Positions 61,301 to 64,000 of a DNA stretch of 64,000 bases are shown piece by piece. Position 1 is the first letter of the stretch. Every line of letters starts with the position of its first letter. The DNA is taken from the NCBI GenBank assembly GCA_046563655.1, contig CM102290.1, positions 5,456,001-5,520,000 of the forward strand. Reading direction: 5' to 3'. Source of the DNA: Yuukianura sp. NJ FZ-2021 (taxonomy: Eukaryota). The notes beneath the pieces were generated by a model that was not told the DNA's origin, searched no databases, and saw nothing but the letters and a program-made list of their open reading frames with translations. The position numbers and the translations under genes were made by a program.

Positions 61301-61812
61301 GAAGGTTGGTTGATTTAATTTTCTTTAGCAGGTTGCGTAGTAAATAACTCCTATTTTTTTTAAATTTTACAACAAAGTTCAGCTGCAAGCCAGGGTATAA
61401 CCATAACATTATAGATGATTTTTTTAGATATTTTACATAGGAAATTGCAAGGTTCCTTAATCCTCGATTTGTATTTTTTACAACAGGTTTTCCAGTAACT
61501 CTGGGTTTTCCGTCTGACTTCAACCAATTTTTGGCGCCATTTAGCACCAATCCGATTTATGTTACACACAAAAATTGACATAGGAAGGAAGTGTTGCTAT
61601 TTTTAAACAAAAAAACTTCGAGTTACTGGACAACCTGGTATAGGAAAAAACATTTTCTTTGTTTATGAACCTTGGTACCAAAATTTTTTTATTTTTTCAA
61701 ATTTGTACTTTATGCACACCGTTTTTTTTTGTTATTCTCATTTTTTTTTGGTAAACAACTGAGGTATTACGCAACCTGTTAAAGAATACTAAATGGTTGT
61801 CAAGGAACCTTG
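61301..61812. mobile_element. CAAGG-family MITE with a second family member nested at 61448-61674
   Basis: Outer element flanked by GTTTCGGTG on both sides (9 bp); inner element CAAGGTTCC...GAACCTTG with no clear TSD. Confidence 0.82.
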
Positions 61813-63944
61813 GTTTCGGTGGCGGGAAAGCAACGTGTGTAAAAATTCAAAGCTTCGGTGGCGGAACTTTTGAGAAAGTGGTTTGTGTTGTCCAGTGAGA
61901 GGCAGGTATTTCCGGGGTTTTTGACTGGTGCGGACTTAGGAGCGTCCAGAAGTGACGAAGTCCGTCAAATGGGCTGCCTGACTGACAATGGCCTCTCACT
62001 TTCACTCTCGTGTCCAAATGGACCTTTTCAATTTCCAGTTTCTCCCTGGGCGGAATTTAAAAGTACAGAGTGTATTCTGTACCTGGTCCAAACATTCATC
62101 ACGTCTCTCTCCTTGTTGGAAAGTGAAAAGAGCATTGGAAAGTCGATGAAAGGGGAACTCCATTGGATTATTCCGCTGCATTTCAAATATCCGGCATATC
62201 ACTCCTCCTCCCAACCACTCCACCAGCCTAACCCTAATGCTCACAGACTTTGGACCAAAAAGCTTTTGCCCAAATTGCTTTTTTCCTACTCTGTTCCCAA
62301 TGTGCTAAAATTTTCATGGACTTTCCTCAACCATCATCTCAAGTGGAGCAGCTCCAGACGGCGATAAATGTCATCTTTGTTTTGGAGGTGGGGCAGGAGA
62401 GCTGAGAGTGTCAACGGTGAATGAATCATTCCGCCCCACCAAAACTTCCGCCCCACCAAAAAACTTTGGCCCCACTCTGGATTTGAAAGAATTGGAGAAA
62501 GTAATTCCGGAGAAAGTCTTTTGAAAAGTGAGGGATTTCTCAATAAATCTCCAATTTATCGAGAGGATCCTAATCAAAGGGAGGAACTTTTTGAGCAGAC
62601 GGGACTTTTGGACCCACCGAAGTGGAGTGAAGGAAGGGTGGCTGTTGGTGGGGCAGAGGAGGGTGGGGCGGGTGGACGTGCTCTGGAAGTAATTGAAGTT
62701 GGTTTGTCTTAAGACCACTTTCCCTGATCACTTACTGTGAAATTAAAGTTAGGAATGAGGAGACAAATGAGCTCTAATACCTTCCCCCCTCCTCATCGCC
62801 CAAATAAATCTCAAACTTCCGCAAACACATTTTCAAAAAGTTTGGAAAAAAAAAGTTTTCGAAAAAGTTTTTTAACTTTGAAAAAAAAAACGTTTAGCCA
62901 TGAAACTGGAATTCTGAAATTTAGTTTCTAATTTGAAAATTATGCTTGTGGCTTTATTTGATGATGGGAGTTTGATTAGGCGTCCTTGACATTTGATGTG
63001 ACATGAAAGGGGGGGGGTTCAGAAGATGAGTTGGAGGGGGGGGGGTGAGCTCAGCCGCACCATTACGGGTGCGGCAACATTCAATAAAATAATGATTGAA
63101 AAGTAATCAGGCGGAAAAGGCAAATTGATTTTACGCCAAAACAGCTCCTAAATCTTGGTCGCATCCCAAACCTAATGTCATAGAAACCTAACCACGTGCC
63201 TCTTAGCCTAACCTTAGCCTAACTCCAAAACTAACGCCATAAATACCAATCTCTTTCATTACTCAACCAAAGACACTGAAAATGCACCAATCATCTTCCA
63301 AGAAACATTTGACCTTGACCTTTGACCTCCGGAGATCAAAATTAAAATAAACATCTAGTTACAAAAATTGAAGTGAAAATATTCAAAATTATTTTTTTAA
63401 AAAGTTATGTCTAATTGTCGAATTCAATTTTTCAGAGAGATGAGTTTGAAAATCAGGAGAAAGTTTTTTCTTTCTCCCACTCTTTTTTTTTCTGTTGTGC
63501 GATGATGTTTTTTTGGAAAGTGAAGGGAGCAGAGGACTTGTGGGATCAAAAGTGAAACAAAGTTTTGTTGCGAGTGTCAAGAGATGAGAATTCCATGGAA
63601 AATTTGTTTTCAATTTGATAGTATGGGTGGTCCCCGAAGGAGAGGCGCCTCCAGCCACCTCCTGCCTCCCTCCCCCTCCTCCCTCCCACTCCCCCTTTAA
63701 TATCGGAAATGCTTTCTGGAGGATCAAAAGACTACTTTCTCCAAATATCACTTTCACCAGATGACCCCTCGCAATTTCCGTAAATTGGACTTCCATTTCC
63801 GTCTCTCCTCCACACTCCGCCTGCCCCTCTGCTGTCACGAGGACACAAACACTCAAACCTTAATAAATATTCACAAATCCAATTCCAATCCTCCTGCTCT
63901 CCCCACTGACAAATCCCTCCCCTCCTCCCCCTAAAAAACTAACT

Positions 63945-64000
63945 GGAGCAGATAGCTCAATGGATAGAGCCTCTGTCCGGTTTGAGAGCGATGTGGGTTC
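63945..64000 (+). repeat. tRNA-like Pol III element, same family as 55863-55931, cut by the window edge
   Basis: GATAGCTCAATGGATAGAGC...GATGTGGGTTC. Confidence 0.65.

Noticed and set aside
52470..63050. Abundant poly-G/poly-C tracts and E2F-like GGCGGGA words
   Set aside because: Spread diffusely as a compositional feature; nothing positional supports specific G-quadruplex or E2F function.

Overview
Intron-containing animal genomic DNA, most likely a non-insect arthropod (inferred from the Shavenbaby-type MPKIFLIKNRL N-terminus, Beadex-type LMO genes and a ferritin without a signal peptide). Gene models were built by hand from splice sites and frame. In order: 5' part of a cyclin D gene (-, continues off the left edge); Phox2/PHDP homeobox gene (+); an orphan ~135-aa ORF (-) whose only intron appears to be a MITE; ovo/shavenbaby (-); a mir-210 hairpin (+); an H-type ferritin (+) with an in-frame, mitochondrial-presequence-like 87-aa extension; and two convergent Beadex/LMO paralogues with no shared intron positions in the LIM region. 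Non-coding DNA carries about 12 copies of a CAAGG...CCTTG MITE family (8-9 bp TSD), hAT-, Mutator- and mariner-like MITEs, tRNA-like Pol III heads, many minisatellites, and over-represented AAGGGCCCTT, DR1 and RFX X-box motifs. Best leads: the MITE acting as a spliceable intron, the mir-210 / dual-targeted ferritin pair, and apparent deep linkage conservation (human homologues of all identified genes lie on chromosome 11). No database searches or expression data were available, so all models need RNA confirmation.
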